Assembly: GCA_002269645.1 (NCBI GenBank)
Contig: NIVC01002708.1
Coordinates: 1 to 64,000 of the forward strand
Direction: 5' to 3'
From: Macrostomum lignano
Lineage: Eukaryota
Length of the DNA stretch: 64,000 nucleotides
Shown here: piece after piece, positions 38,381 through 50,584 of the stretch
Layout: every line of letters starts with the position of its first letter
Numbering within the stretch: the stretch's first letter is position 1
The notes under the pieces: model-generated
The model's input: the letters and a program-made list of their open reading frames with translations, nothing else
What the model was told of the DNA's origin: nothing
The model's database searches: none
Made by a program: the position numbers and the translations under genes

Positions 38381-41063
38381 ATATGAGGGGTATCCCAAAA
38401 GTAGTGTTAATTTTAATCATAGCTCTCATTCTATAGCTTCCTGTGATTTAAAATTTTATGAACTAATAGCGGCGAATCTCTTCTACAAACTGCTTCTTGA
38501 ATTTTAAAAATCGATGCTGGAGAAAAAAGTTATACCCACAAAAGTAACAAAGCCTACACCATAGAGTTACACAAACTATCAAATTTTATAATATAGCTTT
38601 TTGCAGCCCATTTGGGCTTCTGCACATTAAATTTAATCAAAGATAGGTTTTCCAAAGTAAATGAGCTTTTGTCTATTGTCACAAGGGTGGCAGAGCAGCA
38701 TTTAATTTGGTCCAACAAGCATCAATTTGGTTCATAGCGACTATGAAACCCAATCAAGAGTTGCAGCTATAGAATTCAATTTATTTAAGCAAATTTCACT
38801 GTACTAAAGTAACACCTGATAACATCAGAAATGTATTCTACTTAACTATAATTATGGAACAGATTTTTTTAGCATAGTCGAAACTCTGCTGAGGAAAACA
38901 AAGATTAATTGACATTTTCTCCTGAAATGCAAGTAGGCACGAAATGCAGCATCTGCCAATACCAACCTGCACACTTTAAAGGTGTGATGGCAGCTGTAGC
39001 AGCCTCTGCAATCCACTGAAGTACCAGTATTCTCCATTGGCCAAGGGTGGTTGATCAAGCTCTAGTTGGGTGGCCAGGTCACTGAGCTCCTGTTTGATTA
39101 CAGCCTTCAGGCAGGAATGGGCAGCCTCAATAGGATTCAGAAATGGAGAATATGGGGGCAATTGGATGAGCTGGATCCTGTCCTAATGTACTTCCAGAAT
39201 CTGGGTTCCGTTATGAAACTGCGCACCATCCATAATGATGCGCACCTGTTGTTGGGCATCTAATCCATGAAGTTTGAGTAGGGACCACACAAGTTCATTG
39301 ATGCACTGCTGAAACAGATCACCAGTCATAGTCTGGCTCACAACTTTGTGGTAGACAAGTCCAATGGTTGGTGAAATTGCTTGCAGTACATTCACTTGAT
39401 GACCTCACTGAGAATAAATGGTGCACCATATATGCTGACCTTGATGACCATGACCTTGCATTCTTCGAGTCCAAATGTTAAATCCTGTCTTGTTCAGATA
39501 AATTAGAAGTCACAGGGTCAAGAGCTGTCAGCCATTCAGCAAACTCCTGTCTTCTTGCAACCATCTGCAGGCTGTTGCGCACTGCTGGAATGTCAGTATC
39601 TCTACCAAGAATTTTTAGCATAATCAGTTGCTTTTCCAGAGCTCTGCTGATAGTGGAGATACTGACAACTAACTGGAACTGTTGGTTTAGCTCCTGCTGC
39701 AGCATTTGCTGCAACATCAACAAAGGGTTTCTCTCAATTGCATTGAGTAGCAACTGGACCTAAGGCTCTAGGAATTTGCTTTGGCAATTGCCACCTCTTT
39801 GCAGACGATCTCTTCTGCCAGTGGTTTCAATGCACTGACAGATGCTTACATAAACCATTTTTTCTTTGGCATTTAGCAACGTTGCAATGTCCTTAGGGTG
39901 TTTATGTTTACCTCTATCAAGTGCTTCGATTACAAGCCTATGCCATTCATTTGACAGTCTAGCATATGGACCACAATCCTGGGGCTGAGCTTGCTTCTCC
40001 GCAGCTGTTGCAAATGAAGCTATGCTTCCATTCTCACTTGCTTGTGTCAGTCATGTCTAAGTTAAAAGCTAGGGGTAAACCTATAATCTACAGCCGCTAT
40101 GGACCAAATTGATGCTTGTTGGACCAAATTAAATGCTGCTATGCCACCCTTGTGACCATGAAAAAAGCTCATTTACTTTGGAAAACCTATCTTTGATTAA
40201 ATTTAATGCGCATAAGCCCAAATGGGCTGCAAAAAGCTATAGTCAACTTCTGCACTCATTCATTAAGAAGACATTGATAAATGTCTTGTTTAAGCAAAAA
40301 CAAGGCCCAATTGCAAAATGATGCTCTCTGTGGCTGCCTGAAATTAGTTTATGGATAAGATCATATGCAGAAAAATAAAGCAATTATTTATCGATGACCA
40401 TAAATTAAGCAATTAATTTATTACTTTACTTGCAAACAGAGGAGCTTATATTTTGCAATTTGTTCATTATTTCATTGCCCATACTTGACAACACACATGG
40501 ATGTGCACTCAGTTATTGCTCAGCGAAGTGCCATCATCACTCTTTGGGCCAGTGCCTCAGAAATTCACACAAAACTTTGCTCTGCGTATGGATCCTCTGC
40601 AGTCAGCAAAATGACAGTTTATTGATGGATGGAGTAGTTCAACGAGGGAAGGACTGATGTTGCAGATCAGCATTGGACAGGGTGGCCATATGTTCATTGA
40701 CCTGATGTACTGGCAGACTCTATTCTAGAGCTTCTTGACGAGGACTCCCAAATGATCATTAGAAAGATTGCTAACAGGTTAGACCAGCCAAAATCAACAA
40801 TCTATCAAAGCATACTCAGCATGGATCTTGTGAAGCTCAGCACTATGTTGCAATGTTGCAGTTCCTATAGTTTGTGTAACTCTATGGTATAGGTACTATT
40901 ACTTTTGTGGGTATAACTTTTGTTCTTTGGTATCAATTTTAAAAAGTCAAAAAGCAGTCTGTAAAAGAGATTTGCCACTATCAGTTCATAAAATTTTAAA
41001 TCATAGGAAGCTATAAAAAAGAGCTATGGCTAAAATTAACACTACTTTTGGGACATCCCTTAT
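38381..41063 (+). mobile_element. Mariner-like element (about 210-bp TIRs, internally deleted) interrupted by a second transposon
   Basis: tatatgaggggtatcccaaaagtagtg... (38381-38590) is the inverted copy of 40865-41063. Around 40625-40845 it encodes W..F.EGRTDVADQ..TG.P...ILELLDEDSQMIIRKIANRLDQPKSTI, a mariner N-terminal HTH pattern. Confidence 0.75.
38594..40239 (-). mobile_element. Tc1/IS630-type (DDE_3) transposon, about 1.65 kb, about 145-bp TIRs, TA target, decayed transposase
   Basis: 38594-38738 and 40096-40239 are near-perfect inverted repeats flanked by TA. Fragments include VVSISTISRAL (HTH), IIMDGAQFH and PPYSPFLNPIE, broken by frameshifts. Confidence 0.9.
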
Positions 41064-42140
41064 ATTAAAGTACAAGTTAGGCAAGTATAGTAATAGCACT
41101 TGACTATTAATACTAATTAATACACATGCATATATAATAATAATAAATGCATCCTTACTTAGCCATTGTATAACTAAATACGCCTGGATGCCAATGGTGA
41201 ATCTTGATCCCAATCCCAACCAATTGTAAGTTCCAACTTTTATAAATTGAATCCCACCTGGCTAGATTTTTCCTAGGACTATCCCAGCCAGGCTCTAGTA
41301 TAGGGCAACAATGTTCTCCCATGCATAGCGCATACTTGGGAATGTGGCCTATACTCAGTATCCAGCTAGTAAATAATTAAGAAATTAGTTATAAAAAAAG
41401 TTAAAGCATTAGTATAAGTTTTAGAGATTTTAGAAAAATTAGGTTAGAAAAAAACTTAAATGCAACATATTACAGTTCTAGTGTGCGGATCATATATCCG
41501 TATATGCCAGACCAAATTTGGGCATCAAGGACTTTGTATGCCAAAAACAAAATGTTGTGCTAAAATGTACACCAAAATTCCTAAAAAAGTAATACGGTTT
41601 TCACCAGTTGAGTTTTCTAAGAAAGGCTTTTGTATGAAAAGTGTTTTTAAAATATTATGAATGTTTTAAATTTAAACAAACTTAAATTATACCTACAAAA
41701 AATATGATGTAAAATTGATACTCTTAGCAAAAATTTACACTAATTTTATTCATTGTTAATTTCAAAAGAAGCAAAAATTTTATCACTGACAATACAAATT
41801 GTCTGATACTTTACATAAAAACATTAATTTACATTATAATTTTTATACATTGCGCCAATTTATTCACCAAAATTTGTATACCAAAAAAGTATATGTGGCT
41901 AAGTTACTTGTGTATGCCAACAAAGTTCACTAAGGGTTGTTTGTGTATACTGATTGTGTATACCAAGGACTTAGGGTAGCCATTTTATACGCCAGAAAAG
42001 TTCCAGCATACATGCATACTATCCACAACCTGGTTACAATTGTGGGATTAGATCAAATTAGAGGAAAAAGGGCTATCACAACTTGGTTTTAACAATGCAT
42101 TGTTGGGAAATGCATTGTATACCTGCTAGCTATCAGTAAA

Positions 42141-42731
42141 GGCAGTGCTTATCTCCACGGTACCGTAGGAATAATTTCTGTCTTATTCCAATGGTACCGT
42201 AGGGATAATTTTCTGCTTATCCGCATGGCACACTGACGAGATAGCTGCCCCATCTTCTACATATGCTGTGGGTTCATAATTTAGTTTAGTACTTACGGTT
42301 TGAGTGCAATATAACAACATAACTTTGCTTGGCCATTATTTCTATAGAAGTAAAGATTTAATGGCCTTTTTACGCAAAAAAACACTTTTTTATATTTATG
42401 ACGTATGATTTAAGATGAATTGCTCTAGTAATTGTTTACAATTTAAGAACTTTTAGCAACTAGTCTAATCCCGACATCCCCGAAAAGTCCATTGCCGCTG
42501 CTTCTGTAGACTTCTTACTAGACATGTAAATTCTCAATTTGTTTGTATAGATTATTGCATTGCTTCAACAATTCACCCGTGCGGATAAGCAGAAAATTAT
42601 TCCCACGGCATATGTAGAAGATGGGGCAGCTATCTTGTCAATGTGCCGTGCGGATAAGCAGAAAATTATCCCCATGGTACCGTTGGAATAAGACAAATTA
42701 TTCCTACGGTACCGTGGGGATAAGCACTGCC
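42141..42731. mobile_element. MITE with about 130-bp TIRs (GGCAGTGC...) and a 9-bp target-site duplication ATCAGTAAA
   Basis: 42141-42270 is the reverse complement of about 42600-42731; atcagtaaa occurs at 42132-42140 and 42732-42740. Confidence 0.85.
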
Positions 42732-45700
42732 ATCAGTAAAAATGTATAACCTAGACAATATAATGGCTACAACTTGGCCAAAAATGCTATGGCTGTCTAG
42801 TTATAATTAACACTAAAATTCCATAGTCCGGATGGTGTAATGTGGTACACCGGAAGGAAAAAGGAGGATTCCCAAGTGGTACGCCAGTGGTTCACCAAAA
42901 GAACATTTCAACTTTGAAAACGGTAAAAATATGGCGGACAAACTTTAATAATTATTAAAAAATAACAGATATAATCAGCGCTCAGAAATTTATTTACCAA
43001 TAATACTAGGCTAAATTATTTTATTAATATATTTATAAAATGATTAATCAAGTTATACAATGCAGGAAAAAATATATGCAATTTTTTACGTAAAATACAT
43101 TATTGTGTGATGTAGTCGTATTTTGTATGTTGTAATTTACGCAAAATTACAAAAAGTTTTTACTCTGGCAACAACACTTAAAAAAACTGATAAAAATAAT
43201 TTTAATATAATATAGAAATTATATACCTAGGCCTAGGACATTGCCAAGCTCAAAACTTCTAAATATACTAAATCTCTAATCTATATACTAAAAATCAATT
43301 ATCTAAAGCTTAAAAAGCAACAAATATATAGATAGCAATATATACATAAATAGTTACTTACTTTAGAGGCTGATTCAAGAGATAATGATGTACTGCTTTC
43401 AGCCTGTTCTGGATTCATTGATTGAGGTTTTTCTATTAATAGTATTGTCTTACAATTAAAACAATATTTAATAGGCCCTAGATCAGAGACAATCTAATCT
43501 AGGCAGTAATAGGCAAAGTTTGCCCTTAGAAAGAATCAAATGTTTAATTTAAAGTAGGTCTAATATATAAAAAATTAAGACGTTTCACTCTGGTACTTCT
43601 GGTACTAGGGCTGAAGTTGTGCTTATTTATAGTATTCGAAGTATGGTAATTTAAATTCAAGGCAGTGTTTCATACAACACAAATTAAAGATCACAATTAT
43701 ACAAAAAAGGTCCCTGGCTAAAGTAATCTTTAAGCTAAGTAAACAATTATGGCAAGTTAACAGCTAGCCTGCTAATCTTACTGTTTGCTTAAACAGGAAT
43801 GCTTAAACAGGAACCATTTAAATAGGCCTAGCTCAGTAAGGAATTATCGATTGGATGCGGTGTAACCCAGAAGGAAAACGGAGTTCTTTCTGTACTAGGT
43901 AGGCCAATGCTAAACTTCCAGAGGTAGGTAAGTACTAAAGAGAAAAGGAGAGATATCAAGTTCAGTCTACTACATTTATTTAATCTTATGCTTAATATAT
44001 GCAGAAAAAAACGTATTAAATTTTGAATAATTCGTTTTAAAAAGTTTTTAAAATTTGATAATTTCCCTGAACTTTCAAATATAACTAAGTCTCCTAATTT
44101 TTGTTCTAGTTTTTTAGTAAAACGCAAAACTTGTAATGAAATAAATAATATTCTTATTTTTGCATACAAGACAACAATGTTAAAAAACCTAAAAAAAAAC
44201 AAGAACGAGTTACTAAATAAGGTATACAGAATCTATAAGTAACTTTTGATTGTACAAGTGTAAATTATGAAATAAAAATATTATTTTGTACAAGTGTATC
44301 TAAATATATATCAATATATATCAATGCATGTGATCCATGTGTGAAAATACGAGTATGGTGCGATGTAGTTTCACGTTAAATCGTGAAATTTTATGTAAAT
44401 TCGTTTTTAAAAGTGTGTATGCATGTATTGCATGACATTTACTTTGTATATACATGTATACTTAGTATGAACTTGTACATATAACTCTAACAACTGCAAT
44501 AGATAAGCAGATCCAGAGTTAAATACGACAAATTCAGATTTATATATTTTAACTGAATTTGAGAGAAAAACATGCAAAACAAATCTGCTCCATCGAATCA
44601 AGGACGACGAGTTGATCTTTGGCCCCAGAATCAGACAGCTTAAATGAGAATGCAGTGAATTGCAGGTACTGAAATGGAGCTCATAGTTCAGCTCCGGACT
44701 ATACCTAATTTAATATCACAGATTTTTTACCTTAGAAGTATATACTCCAGCATTTGCGCTATGTTCCGAGAGGCTGTCTCTCGGCCCGAAAACTCCGGGG
44801 TTAGGGAAGCTACAGTCTATGGTCTGATCGAACCCGCGGTTTTCGCCAGGCGGCTGGAGTGGCTCATCTGGGTAATATAGAATCTGTGTTAATTACATCG
44901 TTTCGGTCAATCAGACCATGCAGCAACTGAGACAGCTCGCTCAACATTTCACTTTAAGTCCAAAGTCCCCTAGCTTACAGTGTAGCTAGGTGATTATAGT
45001 GCATAGCGCATGCAGTCCTCGGAAAACAAATACACGTATGGACAACTGCATTGTCTTTGACCTAGAAATTCCAGCTACACAGAGATTCTCTGCACAGTAG
45101 TTACTGTCAATATAATGAATCTGTAGTATATATAGGCTCAAAATTAATAGATTGAAAATTCTGATCGAAATTGTATCTCCAGCCACCTGGTCGGCCTTCT
45201 CCCCCGTAATTCAATGCGTTGCATGCATGAGGCTGGAGTTGCTGAGTCCATCATTTGCACATTGTACAGTAGCTGTTCGCACTGCCATGCCGTACACAAT
45301 TGTACAAGTGAGATATTGATAGAAAATAGGATTTTTATAACAAAATTGCATGTATTATGCATGTACAAATGTACATAATAGTATAATTTTGTCGTCAAAC
45401 GCTGAAAACTGAATTTTCGCGTTTTGAATTTCAGCTTTTGTTTTGAAATTGTATGCTACGAGGGGCATATGTTGAATCCTTGATTCATGCAGTTCTCAGA
45501 AATTCTGACTGTTAATCATTTCTGCAGTGTACATTGCGTGCATGAATTTGCCATTAATTGCACGCCCCGCAAGCTCGCATTTGCAATTGGGTACTGCAGC
45601 TCGGTGGGCAGCAGGCCCAGCTGAAATTGCCCTGCCATCGCGAGCATAGCATTGGACTGTGCGGATAGGCCTAACTACTGTAGCTGATTGTCGAGACGCG

Positions 45701-47342
45701 TTCGCAAATCCTTAGGGAGAAAATATGGGATCAAGCGCCGCCAGCAGACGGCAATTTATATTTCCTGCTTCTCCAGCGCTAGCTCCGCCACATTGCTTTC
45801 AGGATACTCCCGAGTATGCGCCGACAATGTTCTAGCGGAGCATTTAGTCGATTAGAAATTTGACCCTGGACATGCCAATCTGTATAGCCATGGCAGGGAA
45901 GCAAGATTCCCCTGCTTTTATGTGTACTTTTAAACCGAAATGCTTGTGAAACTAACTGTTTGACGAGCCACACCCAAGCAAGCGGATGCAGTTCAATGCC
46001 AGTCAGTCCGTATAGATGAGCAGTGAGTACATGTACCTTGAGTGAAATTGTCGCACCAATGCAGGTTGGCTGGGCTGTCGTGTTGATAGAGGCATTTTTA
46101 TGCATGAATTTAAATTATAAAATTTCGGTTTCGAATTTCGGTTTTAGAACGGCTAAACTGCATGTTACATCTAAATTCATTTCGACCCTTTCAAAAGCGT
46201 CAATATTGATGCTTTAGGCCTAGGGTGGTGATTAGTAATTTGCTTGAATGAAGTTGGTTAGCCAGCCTGTTTCAATTGCAACTATGCAATACATCATACT
46301 CGTACATGCATATAGCAGTTTCTTTTCAGATTTGCATAAGTGCAGGCGCTGGAAGATCGATGCGTGAATTGAAAAGAAAAGCTATAATAATCTCTCAAGT
46401 TCGAATCCCCTCGAGCTAATGGAGAAAAAATTTGATCGAGTGGAGAATTCTCGTCGCGTAGCCCCGCGGCAAAATCTATCGCGTCTCTCGAAGTTGGCAA
46501 ACGGCTCGTTTTATCTTATTTTTTCTCAGACGGCCCCGCCCTGTCTTCCCGGTCACCCGCATCCCCCGTTCTTTGCTCGCAATATGCATAGAAATATATC
46601 TCAGCGCAATATACACATTTAGCAACACAGCGGATCGCTCAGCCCGAGCTGAGCAGAGCGCAGGTTTCGCGTGCATGCCAGTCCGATGCCAGTCCGCTAA
46701 ATCCCCCCGGCCACCCTCTCCCCTCTCTGGCGATCAGTGATTCTCCGGACAGCACCGGCCGACAGCTGGGGGTGGGGCGAGGAATTAGAATCACTACCCA
46801 ACCACCCCGCCCCCATCCTTCAGTCTTCCTCCTCTTGCATCCTCTTGCAGGTCTCGCCATCGCGGCCGCTATGAGCTAATACTTCTCCGCCAACCCCAGC
46901 TTGCCCCTAGTCTTCTTCTGTGCCCCCCGCTCCGTGCAGCCAGCCAGTCTCTCTCAAGGGCAAATTTAAAAGAAAGAAAAACACTGAGACGCCGTCTAGA
47001 GGTTTGAACTACTGGTACACTTTTTCCAGCGTTTTCTAACCCTCCTTGGGACTAACTTCCCCCTCCTCTTGCGGCAAACTCTCCGTTATTTCCCTGTCCA
47101 TTCCTTTCCCAATTTTCCGTCTTTCTAACGTCGCGTCAGTGTTTCTCATTGGCTTTCCTTTCCTCACATCGCGCGTCCTCCATGAGAAAGACATTACATG
47201 ACAATTCTATACTTCTATACAGCATGTCCACCTAGCTGAGACTACTTTATAAAACACTGAACTCTCTGGCACTTTTATAGCCACAGCCCAGCTAGAAAAC
47301 GGAGTAAGGCATTTGCATTCACGGCAGCTGTAGCAGGAGATA

Positions 47343-48845
47343 ATGGCCCGGACTGCTCAAGCCACCGCTCGCGTGCTAGCGCAGCTGCTCGGCTTCATCA
47401 AGCACTGGTCAGTCAAGCTAGCCCGCCTGGCCGTGCTGGGCCTGGTTAAGTTCTCCATGTACTGCTGCATCAGCCTGCTGGGATTTGTTGTACTGCTCAC
47501 CCTGGTGGCCTTCGCTTTCACCGTCTACTCGGTAATTCGCTACGGTCGAGTCAACAACCACGCCATCGACCCGGCCGGCCTGGACGACGCAGACACGGAC
47601 CAGGAGGCCGGCTTACTGCACTACGAGGCGCTGCAGCGAAGTCCAATGTTCATGCGTCGGCAGCACCTGCAACAATTTCAGCAGCGTGCCGGCGCTGGAA
47701 CGGGCTCCGCTCTGAAGCCTTACGGCGACACCGAGAGTTTGGTGAAGCCAAACGACTTCATAGCTGACTACGATCCGTTTGCTGCCGTCGACCTGTCGCT
47801 GCAGGCGGCGCAGCCTCAGGATGAGCAGACACTGTTGATGAAGTCGCCAGCAGCCAGTCTAGTTCGGGTGTCGCTGAAGGTGACAGACGAAGACCCCAAC
47901 CGACGTTTGTCGCCGGAAGCGCGTCAGAGCCAAGCGGAACTGCTCAAATTGGAGGAGGCAGCCCGAGCAGCGTGTCAAAGCTCGCACCGCGGCGTGGCAT
48001 CAAACCCGTTCGCCAAGGTCGAATACCGCGTCATCGAGCGCAACTTGTGCAGCGGCGAGGTGGCCATTGTATTGTTCGTGCATTCGCACTTTGCTCACCT
48101 GTCGCGCCGTCAGCTGATCCGCAACACCTATGGCTCATTAACTAATGTGCGCGGCATCCCGATCCGTTTGGTCTTCTTTGTCGCCCTACCAAGCACGCCA
48201 GATCAGGAGGAGCTGCTGTCTAGGGAGAGCGCCATCTATCGCGACATCATAGTCGGAGGCTTTCCAGAGCGACAATCGAACCTGCTGCTCAAGAGTTACC
48301 TGGCTTTGCACTGGATAGTCAACTACTGCCCGTCCATTGAGTACGCTGTAAAGCTTGAGGATGACACATTTCTGGATGTTGTACACTTGACGAATTTCCT
48401 ACGCGTTATACCCGAGACGAAAGCCGCGAGCGAAAGCCAGGACTTTCTGTACTGCGCTGTGACGCCCAACCGCAGCCCGGTGCGCCGTGCCAAAAGTCTC
48501 TGGTACGTGCCCTATTCGGACTGGGTGTTGAACAAGTTCCCGCCCTACTGCCTGGGCTTCGGCTACGTGCTGTCGCGTGGCGCCGTCGCCAAGACGCTGG
48601 GCTGCAGCCAGAGCCTGCGCGCGGTCCGCCTAGACGATGTGCACTTCACCGGCGTGGTGGCAAAGTACGCCAAACTGCGCCAGATAAATTTCTGGAAGGG
48701 CCACGCTTTCGTGTGGATGGAGCCGTCCAGTTCTGGCCCCCCGAGTCTCAACGACTATATTTTCTTTGCCTCGAAGAATAACATTGTGCAGGACTACCTG
48801 TGGAAGAGGGCGTGGAAGAGCGCTGTAACCCGGATGTACTTTTGA
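47343..48845 (+). CDS. B3GALT-like: GT31-family beta-1,3-galactosyltransferase-like type II membrane protein, intronless
   Basis: N-terminal hydrophobic anchor, RRQLIRNTYG, ESAIYRDII, NLLLKSYLALHW...CP, KLEDDTF (KxDDD motif), FPPYCLGFGYVLS, DDVHFTG. Confidence 0.92.
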   Translation: MARTAQATARVLAQLLGFIKHWSVKLARLAVLGLVKFSMYCCISLLGFVVLLTLVAFAFTVYSVIRYGRVNNHAIDPAGLDDADTDQEAGLLHYEALQRSPMFMRRQHLQQFQQRAGAGTGSALKPYGDTESLVKPNDFIADYDPFAAVDLSLQAAQPQDEQTLLMKSPAASLVRVSLKVTDEDPNRRLSPEARQSQAELLKLEEAARAACQSSHRGVASNPFAKVEYRVIERNLCSGEVAIVLFVHSHFAHLSRRQLIRNTYGSLTNVRGIPIRLVFFVALPSTPDQEELLSRESAIYRDIIVGGFPERQSNLLLKSYLALHWIVNYCPSIEYAVKLEDDTFLDVVHLTNFLRVIPETKAASESQDFLYCAVTPNRSPVRRAKSLWYVPYSDWVLNKFPPYCLGFGYVLSRGAVAKTLGCSQSLRAVRLDDVHFTGVVAKYAKLRQINFWKGHAFVWMEPSSSGPPSLNDYIFFASKNNIVQDYLWKRAWKSAVTRMYF

Positions 48846-50584
48846 CACCACAAGAACGCTGGCGCATCCGTCCCGTTTGCAAAACTGTACACTTCTCGTT
48901 GGTGTTAAAAAATGAAAGATTGTCGCATTCGTCTGCTAAATTGAATTCAGCTGGTGCCAAGTCGGGCAAATTAGAAGCTCCAAGGGTCATAAAGTAGTTT
49001 GGCAACAGTTGTAACTTAAAATAAGCACCTGTGGCTGTTAGGCTTCAAGATTATTGCATTCAAAAGGTAAGACAGCATTCAAATATAAGTTTTCTACGGC
49101 TTACTTACCGATTTAGATTATGTAGCGTTGCTTTCCATAGCTAGGTGTTGTTGTTTTGCGTAACTTTTAAATTACGCCAAAAGTGACAATGTATGCATGC
49201 ACGAGATTTGACAACTTTTTAGGCTTTCAATGATTATGAATCATTAAACATCATATTTTAAAAGGTTGTAGCAGCAGGTGACAACATTCAGTCAGTTAAA
49301 TCACTAATACCATTCTGTACAAGGTAACCTCAGCTTTACCAGCCCTTTAAACTGCGTTTTGTTGGTTGGGATTTAATTCGAGTTGTTAATGAAGTAATTT
49401 TTGTCTCTTATTGTTAAAAGCACTGCCTCCACCAAGCAAAGGTCCCTGAAACGCTTGGACATTGAACTGGCTTTTCCGGGATACACTTGCCAAAAATATA
49501 TGCCACACGGTAAATTGAAGCATTCCACTATTGAATAGAAAATTATTGATCCTTTATTTATTAGAATTTGTTGTCAAGCGTTGTGCAGCTCATTTATTTC
49601 AAGCATCAATGCACTTCTATGCATTGCATTGACAAAATAGTGCAATAAATGAATGCTTTGGATGCTATATGGATATTTTCTCTCAGTAAACTGCCTTCAA
49701 GAACTTATTTAAGAATCAACTGTACGATGTACTCATAGGACCTTCGGTTTTATCCGTAAGCCTTAATTAGGTAGGCCATTCAGGGCTAACTAAGGGCTTC
49801 TTGACTGGAAGGACATTAGCCTGAAAAAAGGTGTAAACACTGAGGTGCGAAGGCTGGACAGACAATTTGGAGTGTCGAATCGATGAGAAGTACAATGTCA
49901 AATCAAAAAATATTCCTAAAGGACTTCTTTAAGGTATCTTTCTGACTCATTACACTGTTAACCTTAGAAGACGTGAACATTTCCTTGAAAACATCGTTGT
50001 TCGAATGTCAGCGTCTTTTGACGGTCTGCCAACAATTCAACCACTGAAAATTGACTACAGACCCTAACAATAACTCCAATCCTAAACCCTAACCTTACCC
50101 TAACCTTAAACCCTAAACCTAAGCCTAACCTAAATCGTCGGGAGTCAAAAGTCGCTTGCAGTAGATATAATCTGGCAGTCATATTGTGGCAAGCCAGTAG
50201 TCAGAAACCCTTCAAGTAGTGATAGAGGGAGGGAGAACTTTTGAAGCTTCCACCGAGGCATAGCTCCGCTCTCTCCTCACCAGCCTAAGTCAGGGCCTTG
50301 TGAGGCAAATGGCATCATCCCACAGGTGTGAATTGCATCACTGGAGCTGAGATTTGAGAAAAATTGACCACTGGTTTCGGGACAAACTTCAACAACAAGT
50401 AGGAGCAACATAGCAACATGTCCCTCCCCTTTTACTCCCGCTGTCACGCAGCGCAAAAGCTAAGCAATGTCATTAATTATTCAGTAATGGGTGAAACAAC
50501 CAGAAGTGCCGTCATTCGTCGTGTATCTGGGGCGTAGCCAGGGTCTTCCATTGGGGAGGCGTCGATTCATCTGAGAGTGCGCTG

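Noticed and set aside
43828-44202. 124-aa AT-rich minus-strand ORF as the first exon of beta-TrCP
   Set aside because: It has a non-ATG start, low-complexity F/L/K/I composition and codon usage unlike the real exons.
46385-46420. tRNA-like GTTCGAATCC motif
   Set aside because: No D-arm, anticodon arm or acceptor stem could be folded around it.
50075-50135. Interstitial telomere (CCCTAA-like; also about 12915-12940)
   Set aside because: Short and degenerate; not enough to call a telomeric remnant.
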